Below, piece after piece: positions 34,925 to 48,100 of a DNA stretch of 64,000 nucleotides. Under the pieces are notes generated by a model, which worked only from the letters and a program-made list of their open reading frames with translations, made no database searches and had not been told where the DNA came from. The DNA lies in NCBI RefSeq assembly GCF_037042905.1, contig NC_087250.1, positions 25,112,001-25,176,000 of the forward strand. Reading direction: 5' to 3'. This DNA comes from Lytechinus pictus. Its lineage: Eukaryota. Every line of letters begins with the position of its first letter. Position 1 is the stretch's first letter. A program made the position numbers and the translations under genes.

Positions 34925-36552
34925 CTGGTACACTTCATGCACATGTAAATCACATTTCTGCCATATCAACCGTATTTCAGGCCCATTGCACAAATCTTGG
35001 CGATTGTTCGTGGAAAACATTTTCGTGATTGATTGCTTTGACAACTATATGTATGTAAAAAATTGTGACAATTGTGACTACGCTTTGTTTCCACTGGACC
35101 ATGGAATCTCTATTGATTTCAATAGATGAAGGTTACTTATTGTGCAATAGTGAGGCTGTCCAGTTCCTTTTATAATGCAATAGCCGCCTTTTTATTCTTC
35201 AGATTGGTTGGCATGACCTGGCTTTCGTCGACTCGATCCTATACAAGGGTCTACGCCAGCTACTCTTGGATGTAGAGCGAGGTCACGCTGCAAGTAGCGA
35301 ATGTCAGCTCAGCGCCATGGAGCTGACATCCATCTTGCTGTTATAATATAGTCTAATGAGTTACACTTCATGTAAATCAAATTTCTGCAATATCAATTAA
35401 CAATTCAATTCATTTATTTCATAATCTCGATAAAAACATTACAAGACATCACACACTATCAAAATTTACAAAGCAAATGAATTACGCAATAGAATGAACA
35501 TCAAACAGTTGAGAATGAATAGTACATGTTCATTTTGCAGCTTACTGTCACGGAAGAAGCATGACCCTCTGAGAAATCTCTTATTCGTTCCAACAAAATG
35601 GCACAGTACTTGAATTTCTTTCAAGTCCTCTCCTCGCCTCTCCACCCCTCTTCTATTCATTTGTGTGCTCAATACCCCAGCATTTAGGGTATTCTATCGA
35701 CAGAGTGATTCAACCCTGCAGGGTGAATTAAATCTTTATTAAATGATTGATGCTTCGCAGCAATACTTGGCTTTCGCAGATGATCCTGCCACGCGCTCGC
35801 AAACATGTAGAGAATCTTGTTCTCTTGACTTTTTTCCTTCTTCTGAGATATCCTGTCCACAAAGTGATATAACTATGCTGGGTAGATTGATTCTTCAAAG
35901 ATTCCTGCAGCTTGAAAGCCAGAAGCAGCAATACTTGGCTTTTGCGGAAGTTCCTGCCTCGCGCTTGTGTACAAGTTTACTCGCAACTCGGGGTACTTAA
36001 GCAAGATTTAGTTACTTCCGAATGGCTTTATTACACCTATTGCACTCAGATTTTTTCTTCAATTTTGGTTTCTTTCTCAAATGAGAATGACATTGTGTCG
36101 CTTCGTGATAGCAAACCATGGTGACAATCATGTCTAATTGAAGCCCCAGACAAAAAAACATGATTTTTTTCTTTCTTTTTGGGGGCTACTCTTCACGACC
36201 TGTCTAAATCTGTAACATTGGATAAGCTTTAACATTGCAGTGAATGGGGAACATCCTGGCCTGTTCTATTTTCTAGACCTTTGTTCAGCATTTACCGCCC
36301 CGAGCCCATATGTAATTTTTCCTCTAGGGTTAGGGCAGTTCGTCTCTTGGTGGAGTCTCATCAGCTAGTTTACCACATTTTTTTTGGGGGGGGATGTTTT
36401 TTTTTTTCTTATTCATGCAAATTTTATACTCTATGAAATTCTCTGTGAAACCAGTCAAAAGTCATTACTTTACATGTAGGCCTACAGTACTGCTATGATT
36501 TTTTTACATAAAGTCAAGCATGCCACAGCACTAGTATCAATTTGAAAGATAG

Positions 36553-36920
36553 GTTGGTTTGTTTTCAATTGGTCTAATGCCAAATCCTCTTATTACCAAC
36601 TTGTCTACTATCATTTGGTTTATCATCAATTCGTCCGCTATCCGCATCGTCTAATTGCCATTTCGTCCACTCACCTTTTTGTCTAACAAGTTGCTCCAAT
36701 AGCCATTTAGTCCATAAAGCATTTGGTCTAATTGGATAAGTGTTAATTGGGCGAAATAAATAAAAACAAAATGGGTATTAGACCGACTGGTTATTAGGTG
36801 AACTGGTGATTAGACGAAGTGATGATTGGACCAATGGTTGTTAGACGATGTTGATGGACGGAATGGCATTAGACTAAATGAAGGTAGACCATATGATTAA
36901 TGGACGAGTTGGCAAAAACC
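36553..36920. mobile_element. Palindromic MITE built of ~20-bp subrepeats (tggtctaat / attagacca)
   Basis: Left arm of tggtctaa repeats mirrored by ttagacc repeats; family copy at 58125-58505. Confidence 0.7.
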
Positions 36921-39225
36921 AATCAGCAGTTTACTGATTATAGGTTTTATACTTGGGCCCTATATTACTATAAGAGTCGCGATGATTGTTGCGATCAACC
37001 ACAAATGGAAAGCCAGCAACGTCAAAGTCTAAAATGCATGTTTGTTCAAAATATTTTGTAAATACGTTGTATTTTCATTTTTTTTCTTGACATTTACAAC
37101 AGGACATTGTGCAAATTTCCTGAAGAAACAAAACTATTAAATTTTCATATACTTGAGGTTGATCATTCGTAACTCTAGACAGGACCCTGTACTTGAAATG
37201 AATGAAACTTGTACCATTAATGGGTCATTTCTCATTTTATTGTTGAAAGTGTATCAAGTTTTACAGTGCTGTTGTAAGAGAGGAGTCTTGACAGAACAGT
37301 GTAATTATATATACAACTCATTTTTTGTGTGTATCTTTATGTAAGAATGTAAATATATACTATTCTTATTATTTTAATCATTTTTTTGTAAATATTTTTC
37401 TAATCATATTTGTTTTTCAGTTTTATAAGCAGTTGAAGATCATGTGCATGCATATACCTTTTGACAGTGTGATTTTGTAAAGATGTACATGTACAGGAAA
37501 GCAATATTTGAATCATCTTGAAAATTATTAACACATTTAACAAAACCTGCCTTTTTCATCCAAAGAAATTAAGTTCATAGAAATTGTTTTTTTTATGTAC
37601 TGGCATGTATCCGTGATATTGACAAAATTTATTCAAGTCTCATGGCCCTGTTAAACAAAGCTTTATAGTGATCAGTCTCTATTATGAAATGGCCAATCAA
37701 GATCATTGTTGCATTCACATTTTGCTCAGTAGACCGACCAGCAACCAATCAGAATTGGTCTTTCAAAACAGTGATTGATCAATACCCTCTTAATATCGGG
37801 TCTAGGTATACAGTCAGTGGGATGTTGCTGTAAAAATATTTGGGGTTGGTTTCATTAAACGATAATAAATCAGCAAAAACAGTTTCAAGCTACTGAAAAC
37901 ATTCAAGGTCGATGTTCTAAATGGCAATAAGACCAAGGAATTAGGAGATGATTTGGGGAGCGTTTCATGAAGGGATTTGTGGGATGGTTTATCCGAGGGT
38001 TACCATAGGAACTGTGCTCCTCGGCCAATCAGAATCAAGGAAAGTTGTCAGATCTGACATCTTGTCGGACACAAACATGTTGATGAAAAGCTCGCCATGT
38101 TGTAGATGAACTAGGATTAGACCATGTGGGATGAGACCACACAGAAAGACAGAATGGGTGTATAAAACCAAGTGGTATTTTACCATGTTCTCCGTCCTCA
38201 AAACTAATATGACTTTCACACCACCTTGACCAAAACATGACCTTGATCAATTCTAATGATTTGATTATTTTCTACTGCATTGTATTTATTGCCTTTTGAG
38301 ACTTGTAAAGCACCTTGATCGTAATACTAAATACTGAAAAGTGATGCTACAAGGTTGGTGTTTATAATAGTTGAATGTTATTAGAGAATCAGTGCCGATA
38401 TGTAAATACTTGTTATGAAATGTTTATTTATCCATCAGAGTTTTATATGTGTATACATGCCTATTCAATTCTATTTGTAATCTGTAGTTTTGTTCGATGT
38501 TTACCGTACTGTGTCAAAGATCCAAAAATCTCATGATCAAATTGATAGGTCAATCCAGTTCAAAAGAAAAGTAACAATCACATTTTTGCATACCAATTTG
38601 ATCAAAGTTTGTCAACTTAATTAATTTAAAATTATGAATGTACAGCTGTCAGTTAACCCCACCACAAAATGCACTTCTCCATGCCGAGTGGTTAAAATAG
38701 ATAACACTACAATGCTCTGCAAACCCAGAGAAACAAACATTGAATGTAATACTTGAACACCAGACTTCACAATTAAATATCTAAAGCATGGCAGAACTTG
38801 AACACTGATTATGTGTCCATTTTGCAGTGGGGTTCACTAACTTTTGAGCCCCACTTTATATTGCATGTACGGTATATATTTGTGCCTATCTCCTCTTCCA
38901 AGGAGAAACAATACACATTATCAAGGGCACTAGGATGAATTGCACACACGAGGTACCTTTGGAACAGTTCTTGCCCGAGGCAGAGCAGAGGGCATTCAGG
39001 CCAATTTAAAGGAAAGGTGATAAGGCTCTGTAATTTTTTTAATGCCTTGGTAAAATAAGGTGTCAATATGTGATAGTGATGTGCTAAAGTCGGGGTTATA
39101 ATAATAATAATGTGCCTCGGAATAGATTGTTTCTAGATAGATGGCGCTATTCAAATGCCTATTATTATTATTATGTGGATCCTTGTTACTTGATAAACCG
39201 TCCTAACTTCATTGTAACTATTACA

Positions 39226-39408
39226 GGGGGCCGTTTCACAAAGCTGTTCGTATAAAGTAGAGTGACTTTAGAAACGATTGGTGATCCTTTCTTGCTGTAA
39301 ATGGTATACACCAAAATATTAATTGGCGATGGTTCAGCGCGTCAGAAAGGTTCACCAGTCGTTCTTAAAGTCGCTCTTAACTTATGAACAGATTTATAAC
39401 ACACCCCC
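39226..39408. mobile_element. Harbinger-type MITE, preceded by SINE 3' tail (39080-39175)
   Basis: GGGGCCGTTTCACAAAGCTG ... ttataacacacccc|ctg. Confidence 0.7.
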
Positions 39409-41336
39409 TGGTCAATATAACTAGTCATTAGTATAGGTTTATAGAATATTTTCTGTTACCTTATAAATTGACTGGTCATTAGCCGGTGTCATGACATATC
39501 CTGTGACATTTGCTCCTTTCTCATTATCTCAGAGGGCATAGGGTTAGAGTAAGGATTGTGATAGTGTTTTGGGTTCAAAATAAGGTAAAGATAAGGATTA
39601 GGGATTATTTATACCTCAGCCACATTTGCTCTACAGCAGCCGTATGGCAAGTCGAAAACAGCCGTTTTATCATCTTTTGTACTGTAGCTACATATATGTG
39701 GTTTGAATTGGGGAAATGTGACTATGCTACAGGTGTACATAGCATAAATTTCAGAGGTTATATTCTATGTTTATGCAGATTTTCCATCGGAGAAATTATC
39801 GCCGGAGCAAATGTTTTGGAACCCAAATAGCCTAATAGCCGGTCATGGGATAGATTTCAGTCAGAATCCATGCCACCATTTGATATAGCAAGAAATTAAT
39901 TGAATGTCATTTTATTCAGATAATGGGTGATTTCAAGATGAGTGTTGACCTGTTGATGTGGGTGTTAGGTCAATTTTTACAGGAGTATAACACCAAACAT
40001 AAACTGCAGATGGTTGTGAAAAGTTGCACACTAGTTGTTGAGATGTCAATAATGTGATCTAGATCAGTTTTACAGACAGAATAGATTTTGGAGCTAGGGG
40101 AAGCAATCCAAATTCCAACACCAATGCCAACACCGGACTTGAAATCACCCAATGAGACTACAGGTTATGTTTATACGTAAATTACCTCATAAAGCTAGAA
40201 GACTTCTGCCAAATTACACATTGATTCAGTTCAATTCAAGTTTTATTTCCATAAATTGAATAAAAAGAAATTATAAAGTATCATCAAAATATACATAACG
40301 CAATTTGGATGTACACAGGATGAATTCAAACACTGTCAGTTTCAAGGTGGAGGGTTTAGGTATGGACTAAGCCATTTTGAATTTCCTACATTACATTACA
40401 TGCACTTGAATTACACAAGAGTTAAGAGTATTAACACAATGAATGCTTCAACTTTAACTTCTCTCAATTTAATTGGAAAAGTGAAATATTCATTAACTGT
40501 ACAGTGAAAACTGAATGAATTCCGTTTTATTTTATTGTTATATTGGCGTGCGTCACTTACTCTGTAGGATTCAGAATTTTATATTTATTTTCTTGAAGCT
40601 TATTCCAATTATGCCAAATATGTATTCTTAATCTTGTGCTTTTATAACATTGTTACATAATACAGTTCTTATGAGTAAATTAATACATAGATGTTTTAAT
40701 ATATATTGTACATTCCCATGCTTTGTTAGTAGCATATATTCATGTACTTATGCCTACATTATGTCAATTTTATAATCAATATAATATATGGAAGATGATA
40801 TCTACATGTGTATATTAAAACTACACAGCATATACATGTACTAATATTTTTCTTGTTGATTTGACTTATTTTATATGATCGTTACATCAAATATTTTCTT
40901 CCTTTAGATATATACCTCTTCCTCCTGGCATATGCAATAATTTGATAAATATTTTTGGCATAGTGATATCGATGAATGATATTTTACCTACAAGTACTAG
41001 TAATTCATTGCCAAGAAAGCAGAATGCTTTTTAAGCAAATAGCCAGAGGACTTCAGGCTCAAAGTACATGTACTCTCTGAGAGACCTGGAAATGAGGTTA
41101 CATGCCTTACCAAAGTCATATTGTACTTCTTTCTTAAAACCTCAAAGTTTTCTGAAGCAATTTCTGCTCATGAATGATTTCATTCAATAAAAGATAAAAT
41201 ACTTAACTTTTTTCAGCAGCTTGGAAAAGGAAGGAAAACAAAAAATGATCATTTTCATTTATGGGTTTCTTTAGATATAAGAAATGTATATTTTGACCAT
41301 AAAGTCTAAACAGGGTAGACAATATATTGATACCTG

Positions 41337-41505
41337 GTGGGTGTTTCATAAAGCTGTTCATAAAGTTACGCAAAACTTTACGCACGACTGGAACATGTTT
41401 TAGGTCATATATCAATTATACAGGGATATCATTTTGCACAAGAAAGGATCACCAGTCGTGCGTAAACTCATTCGTATCTTACGGACAGCTTTATGAAACA
41501 CCCAC
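41337..41505. mobile_element. Harbinger-type MITE with exact CTG target duplication
   Basis: ctg|GTGGGTGTTTCATAAAGCTG ... CAGCTTTATGAAACACCCAC|ctg. Confidence 0.85.
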
Positions 41506-41649
41506 CTGTAATATCTGAGGGAAGATGGTCAAATTGAAAAATTGTTACAATCACTGATGGCCCAAGTAATTTTAAATGTTCCCTTATACCGAGGCCACAT
41601 TTATAAAGTGAAAAATGGGAGTGAAAACCTGTCTAAATGACCACAAAAA

Positions 41650-41965
41650 TTGCCTCCCAAGTGACTCAAAATTGCTTGCAGTTCCTAAATCCAAGAAATC
41701 ATGGGGGGATCGGTCATTTGCACATGCGGGACCATCCTTGTGGAATCAGTTGCCATATTCCATACGTAGTATTTCAAATATCAATAATTTCAAAATTGCT
41801 TTAATATTGCCTTCCAGTAGTTTCCTTTCATTGCCATGACTGTGCTTCTTTTATCTGTGTCCCTTCCTGCTCCATGTAATTTTTCTCTTATTTCCTTTTC
41901 GCAGTGCCTTGAGCACATAATCAATATGGATTTGGCGCTTTAGAAATACTCTATATTATTATTAT
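41650..41965 (+). mobile_element. L2-type LINE 3' end
   Basis: LLAVPKSKKSWGDRSFAHAGPSLWNQLPYSIR; 3' UTR gcagtgccttgagc...ggcgctttagaaat..(att)n. Confidence 0.8.
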
Positions 41966-42105
41966 AGTGTATGCCATAGAACCTGCCATGTCTTCTGTTT
42001 CCCTTGATTGTGTATTAGCTTCAGTCTTGGCCCATTAATGACATAAATACTTTAGAGCCATGAGTTGATGATAGTTGTACGATGAAGGGGATTCATATGT
42101 TGAAT

Positions 42106-45100
42106 TTAGCGGCTTTCTTGGCTGTGGATCGGACTGGGCAGCTTGCCGCCGAGATGTGGAGCTGGAAGGGATATGGGCAATCTGTGCAAGAGAATGAAAT
42201 TGGTATGGAGAAAGAGGAGACATACAGATAAATTAGAGGGAGGATGAAGGGTGGAGCACAGACAAAATGGAAAAGCCCGGAGAAACAGAATAAGGGGGTG
42301 GTAGAGAGAGGGGGGGGGGGATACAGACAGGATAAGAGAGGGAGTGGAGAGAGAAGAACATACCGCATGGGACAGAGAGTGAAAGGGTGGGGGGGGGGGC
42401 AACATAGAGAGAGGGGGTGGTTTAGATAATGAAATAGAGAGAGGGGTGGGTAGAAAAGGAGATATTATGCAAGAGAGAGGGAGACCATGAGGAAAGTAAG
42501 AAATTGGTAATCTTGTCGAGAATTCTCTTCAAATAAAAACCAAGGGAAAATCAGAGAGTCAAATTGCCATAGACTGAAACTGTAATTTCATTTAAAATGC
42601 ACATGTGTATGTAAGCTGATACATTGACTAAAACAACAGAACTAAAGTGAGTAGTACTAATTTGGTGGATCAAAACAAATGGTTACAAGAAAGTAAGAAA
42701 TCAGGAGGATGGGCAAGTAGATGGAGAAGATAGCTAGGCTTAAACTATGGAAACAGAAAACCATCAGGTAATAAATACTATAGGGAAAGACACTAAAGGA
42801 CAGTACACAGAAAGAGAAGAAAGCCAGAAAAAAAAACGAAGGCAAGAAATTTAAAGTAAGAAACTAGCCCGGGGGGGCCACTTCCATTGACGAGTGGATA
42901 CCATGCGCGACCATGGGGTCTCAAAAAGCACCCTAAACACGTATTTTCCATATTCTGATAATGCACCCCTTAACACGTATTGGCGTTTGAAACCCTATCC
43001 TTAACAAGTATTGGAAACAAAACGATACTCTTGGCAAGTATTCCCTGAAATGAACCCCTAAACAAGTACAGGAATATTTTGTCACGGGTCATTCGGTCGT
43101 TGGTTATACCTTTTAATACACATCATTTGGTTTAGTACGACCCACCTTCCACACCTCGTGCAAATCGGACTCTAAACACGTAGTGTTGGGGCAAAAAGGA
43201 CATCCTTTATAAAACGTTTTAATTTTGTTTTATCATCCCCGCAAATTTGACCCTAAACACGTAAGTTTCCTAGCGAAATAGATACCCTTTTTTCATTATT
43301 TTTGTGTTTTTGACACCCTTATCACGTTACGTACGTAACGTGCCCTATCTTGAAAAAGACATCCTTTTTACGTGTTTTTTTGGTCGCGCATGGTATCCAC
43401 TCGTCAATGTAAGTGGCCCCCCCCCGGGGAAACTAGCCAAAGGCATGAGAAAAAGAAGGCGGAAGGAGCAGATAATGAGAAAGAAAAAAAAAGGGGGGAA
43501 ATAGCAGAGAGAAGACGAAAGGAAAGCAGTAGGGAAAGAAGAGGGATAAAGATGGAGAAACAGAGAAATGTACTGTAGAGATCAAAAGGAGTAAATGAAA
43601 AGGGGAGAGGGGAAGATAGGAAAGGTATAAAGAAACATACAGAGTGAGAAATACAGGAAAAAGACAGGAAGGAAGAAAAATGAAAACAAGCAGCAAAGAG
43701 AAATAGAATAGATACAAGTTCGGAATACACATGAAAGAAAAGAAAAGAAAAGCAGAAAGAAAGAAGGGAAGGAAGAAAGAAAGAAATTAAGGCAGAAAGA
43801 AAGAATGAAAGAAAGAAAGAAATTAAGAGAGAGAGAGAAGGAAGGAAGGAAGAAAGAAAAAGGGAATAAAGAAAGAAAGAAATTTAGGCAGAAGGAAAGA
43901 AAGAAAGGAAAAAATTAAGGCAGAAAGAATTAAAATAAAAGAGGAAGAGAAAGAAAGAAATTAAGGAAGGAAATTAAAGAAAGAAAGGCAGATAGATAGA
44001 AATATAAAAATAAATATACGAAATAAAAAGAAACACTTGTAAAATCAACAGCAAAGAGGAGAGAGAGACAAAATACTACCAATTACACATGCCTGCTAAG
44101 TGCTAACCAAGAATGATATACCTTTTGATTTTCCTCCAAACTTTCCATTGGTATTGCTGGGTATAGATGGAGACGACAGGGCCTGGATGCCTGGCGTTAC
44201 CCTATATAGAAGAGCGACCTCTGTTGGCGAAGTTTGGTTAATTATCGACTGGGGGTCAGGGAGGTCGAGCAATCGCTGCCCTGTCCATTTTGTCTGCTGG
44301 TAAAATAATGCAATAAAATGGAAATGTTAAAGGTATGTTTTAGAAGTGTTCTTAAAAGTAAAATCTAGCAATTTTGCTTTTTCTTTGACTTCAATTCTCA
44401 GAAATTAGGTAATCAACTCAAACGGATGTTCTAATAAAGGAAAATATTCAGGTATTGAGCCAAGGCATTTTTCTGCTCACTTTCATTTTCCTTCTTGCAT
44501 TCAGTGCCTGGATAAGTATGAATTCAAAAATATTATAATGATGTTGCCTTTAGTCTATTAGCATACAACATACATTGTAGATTCTAAGATTTAGATAGTG
44601 TGCATGCAGGCCTTAGGCACACAGCACAAAATATGTCTGTCCTCTAAAAATAGGCTTAAACTGATAAAATACCTATACAAGAAATGGATTATTCTTTTGG
44701 TATAAGAATTCAAGTTGATTTGTTGGTTGGTAATTCTGTAACAATGTTTGATATGCTATTAAAGCTTTCTAGTTATGGCCCAAATTCAGAATAAAAATAC
44801 TTAATATAAAAGCATTGATTGCTATCACATATGCAATTATTGTGCAAAAAGCAACAATTAATCAATTTTTGCTTGATATTAATTTGTCTGAAAAGCTATT
44901 GAATTTTCCAAGGTATGGGCCAGATTAAGAATTTGTAAGAATACAAGTTTGCTTAAATCATACATTCTATGCCATGATTGCTTTGTTACCAATGTAGGTA
45001 ATCTTTTGAAAATAGTTCTAATGAATTAATTTCCAAAAAATGAATAATCAAAATTTACTGGTACATGCATATATTTATAACAATTTTGTTTATATCGAGT

Positions 45101-48100
45101 TCTGACTATTTCCAAAAATTTGAAAATTATATGGTCTCTATTGAGAACAAGATATACAAAATATCATAAATCCCTTACTCTGAATATCTACAATTAAAAT
45201 TGTATAATTCATTTATTATTTTGATTGAAGTTCTTGTTGAATTTTAATGTTATATATTTAAATATTTGTATTTAAATGTTAATCTTTTATTTAACTGACA
45301 CGCTTACTATTTTCTGATCAAAATCTTGGTCCTTTACGCCACAATCAGACTGGCCGCCACGGGTACACTTCTTTCTGGCCTTAGCATTGCTGTTAGAAGT
45401 GGGTGTAGACCTTGTGGTAGTGGGCGTGGCCTTTGGGATGGTGGGCGTCAACCTGCTGGTGGGCGTATTCCCTGATTTCTGGGCAGTGCCTACAGGTAAC
45501 CATTCAATGAGCCCAAGACTAGCCTTTGCCAAGGTGTGGGACAGAGGGGAGGAGGAGCATCTGTTTGTTGCCTTGGTGACAGCAGTTGAAGTGGGCGTGG
45601 CAGTGACTGCAGGGGTAGAGCTGGAACGAGGGCGCTGATCATGTAGTTTACGATATGTATACCCACCTCTGAAAATGATAATGAATAGATTAAATTACAG
45701 ATAAACTTGAATTTACGATTCATTTTCATAAGTTGAGTAAATTGGCCCATTGCCGGTCGAAGCAATTTTTTTAAAACCAGGGGCGCGTAGCATAAAGCAT
45801 AGCAACTGATTTTTAAGATTGATCCTTCCCTAAATACTTTCTTGGATACACTCCATATAATATAAAAAAATCAATTCATATATGAATATATGATTGGTGT
45901 TGTTTTACAGAACGCATGCTCCATCCAAGACGTTGTCTTTGAACCAAACCAAGACTTACTTGTAATTAGCTGTATAGTTACTTGAATCCTTCGTTTGCAT
46001 GGGATCATTCAGATCATCTATTACAGCACGTTGTTCGCTTAAAGATACAGACCGAACAACACCCTCCTGCCGATCCGAAACCGTCCCAGAACTCGATGGA
46101 CGCATCGGCCCCCGCAGCTGGAACGGCTTGCGGGGCGAAGCCGCGCACTCAGTCTCAGCGGCATGGCACGACCTGACTTTTAAGGCCGACCTTTGACCCT
46201 GCTGGTGGAGGTTGGAAGCGGAGAGTTTTGCTGATATAGCGCTGGATGGGGAATGTAGGTTGGTGAGCTTAGCGGATTTACTGATTAGCTTGGGGAAGTC
46301 GTCGTAGGTGCTGAGGTAGAGGGAGTTGGAGCGGCGGAGACGGGTCTTGGGGTCGTCTGGAAGGCCGTACAGGATTGGCTTGTCATGGACCAAAGAACAA
46401 AGCTTCCATCCTCGGAACATCTGAGGAAAGATGAAACAGTGCATAGATAAATAAATACATAAATGAATAAATAAATAGATGAATAAATAATAAATTGAAT
46501 GAATAAATAAATTACTAGATAAATTAATAAGTAAATAGATAAATGAATGAATATATAGATATATAAATAAATGGATAAATAAAAAATGAATCAATTAATC
46601 AATAAACAAATAAATAAATGAATTAATAAATAGACAACACACACCATTGATGACGCTGCCTGTACATGTATAAGATATACCCAGATGTCCTAATCAATAT
46701 TGTTCAAACTTTGATGGTGACATCATTACTTTTGAAAGCAACACTGTTATACAGTGAAACCTGTCTATATTGACTACCTAAGGGACACAGAAAAAATGGT
46801 CTTTACAGACAGGTAGGAGCTGAAGACAGGATCTTATACACACAATCTGCCTCCATGGAAGCTGTTTCAGTGGTCACTATAGGCAGGTGGCTGATATAGA
46901 CAGGTTCTTATACACACACGATCAGCCTCCATGGAAGCTGTTTTAGTGGTCATTTTAGGCAGGTGGCTGCTATAGACAGGTGTCCACTATAGAGGTGGCC
47001 ACAAACACAGGTTTGACTGTATTTCATATATTGTTTGACAGTAATGTCAGACAATATCATAAAGCACAGTCCTTCACATTTATTTGGGGAGCCTCAGAGC
47101 AAAAGATGTATGTTGTCTACTTAAGTGGCAAAACATCAGACCCCTCCCCCCCCCCCCCCTCCACATGTATCTTGGGAACTCATTACAGGAAGGAACTTGT
47201 TTGTTTATGTTGATTTGCAGCCCTTCTGAAGAAAAAAAAATGTTTGGAAAATGATGAAAAACATCAATTTAGGTGATGAAAAACATCAATTTAGGGTGTT
47301 CCATAGAGATTAGAGCTGCACTACAAATACCAAAACGGAAAATTTCGTAAATTTGCACAGCTTATACTTGTATGCGTTTTTCATTCGGTTTACATCTTCA
47401 TAAGATAGCAAGTCATTAGTTTTCGCACAATCAGTCATTTACAGAAGTAAAATTTGAACATGAATTTTATTTTACTTTTCTTTGTGCTGTCATTCACATT
47501 GCAAATCACTTTATTATTACATACATGTACATCATGGCAACAAGAAAAAAAAAATTGTCTGTTTGAACTTTAAGGTGACAAAATACTGCCAAAAGTCTTC
47601 GAGAAAAAAAAATCATTAATGCTTTAATTATATTGGATTTATGTACTAGTATCAGTTCATTTCTTTTTACTTTTTCATTGGTATCCAAAAATATGTACCC
47701 CCAGTAAACAATAAATATATATGTTTTCATGTTTATAAATCTGGGCCGTCAGCAGTAGATGTAGACATAGTGTCAATGCATATACATGTACTGTAGGACT
47801 ATATTATACAAGAAATTTATGTGAGATTATGAAATAGTATATAAATAATGAATGTTCATGAGTGCAAAAGACAGAATACTTCATGAGGTGAAAGATGAAA
47901 TCATCCATTCAACAAGCCTACGCCTTGTTGAATGGATTTAGTATTTTCGTCTTTCACCAAAAGGAAGTATTCTCTCCTTTGCACAAATGAAAAGAAAGGA
48001 ACATTCATTATTTTTTTTATATGACATCTAAAAATAGATCCCTAATCATTTGAAATTTATAAATTTGAATAAAGTGCGAAATCGGTCGGTGATTGTTGCA

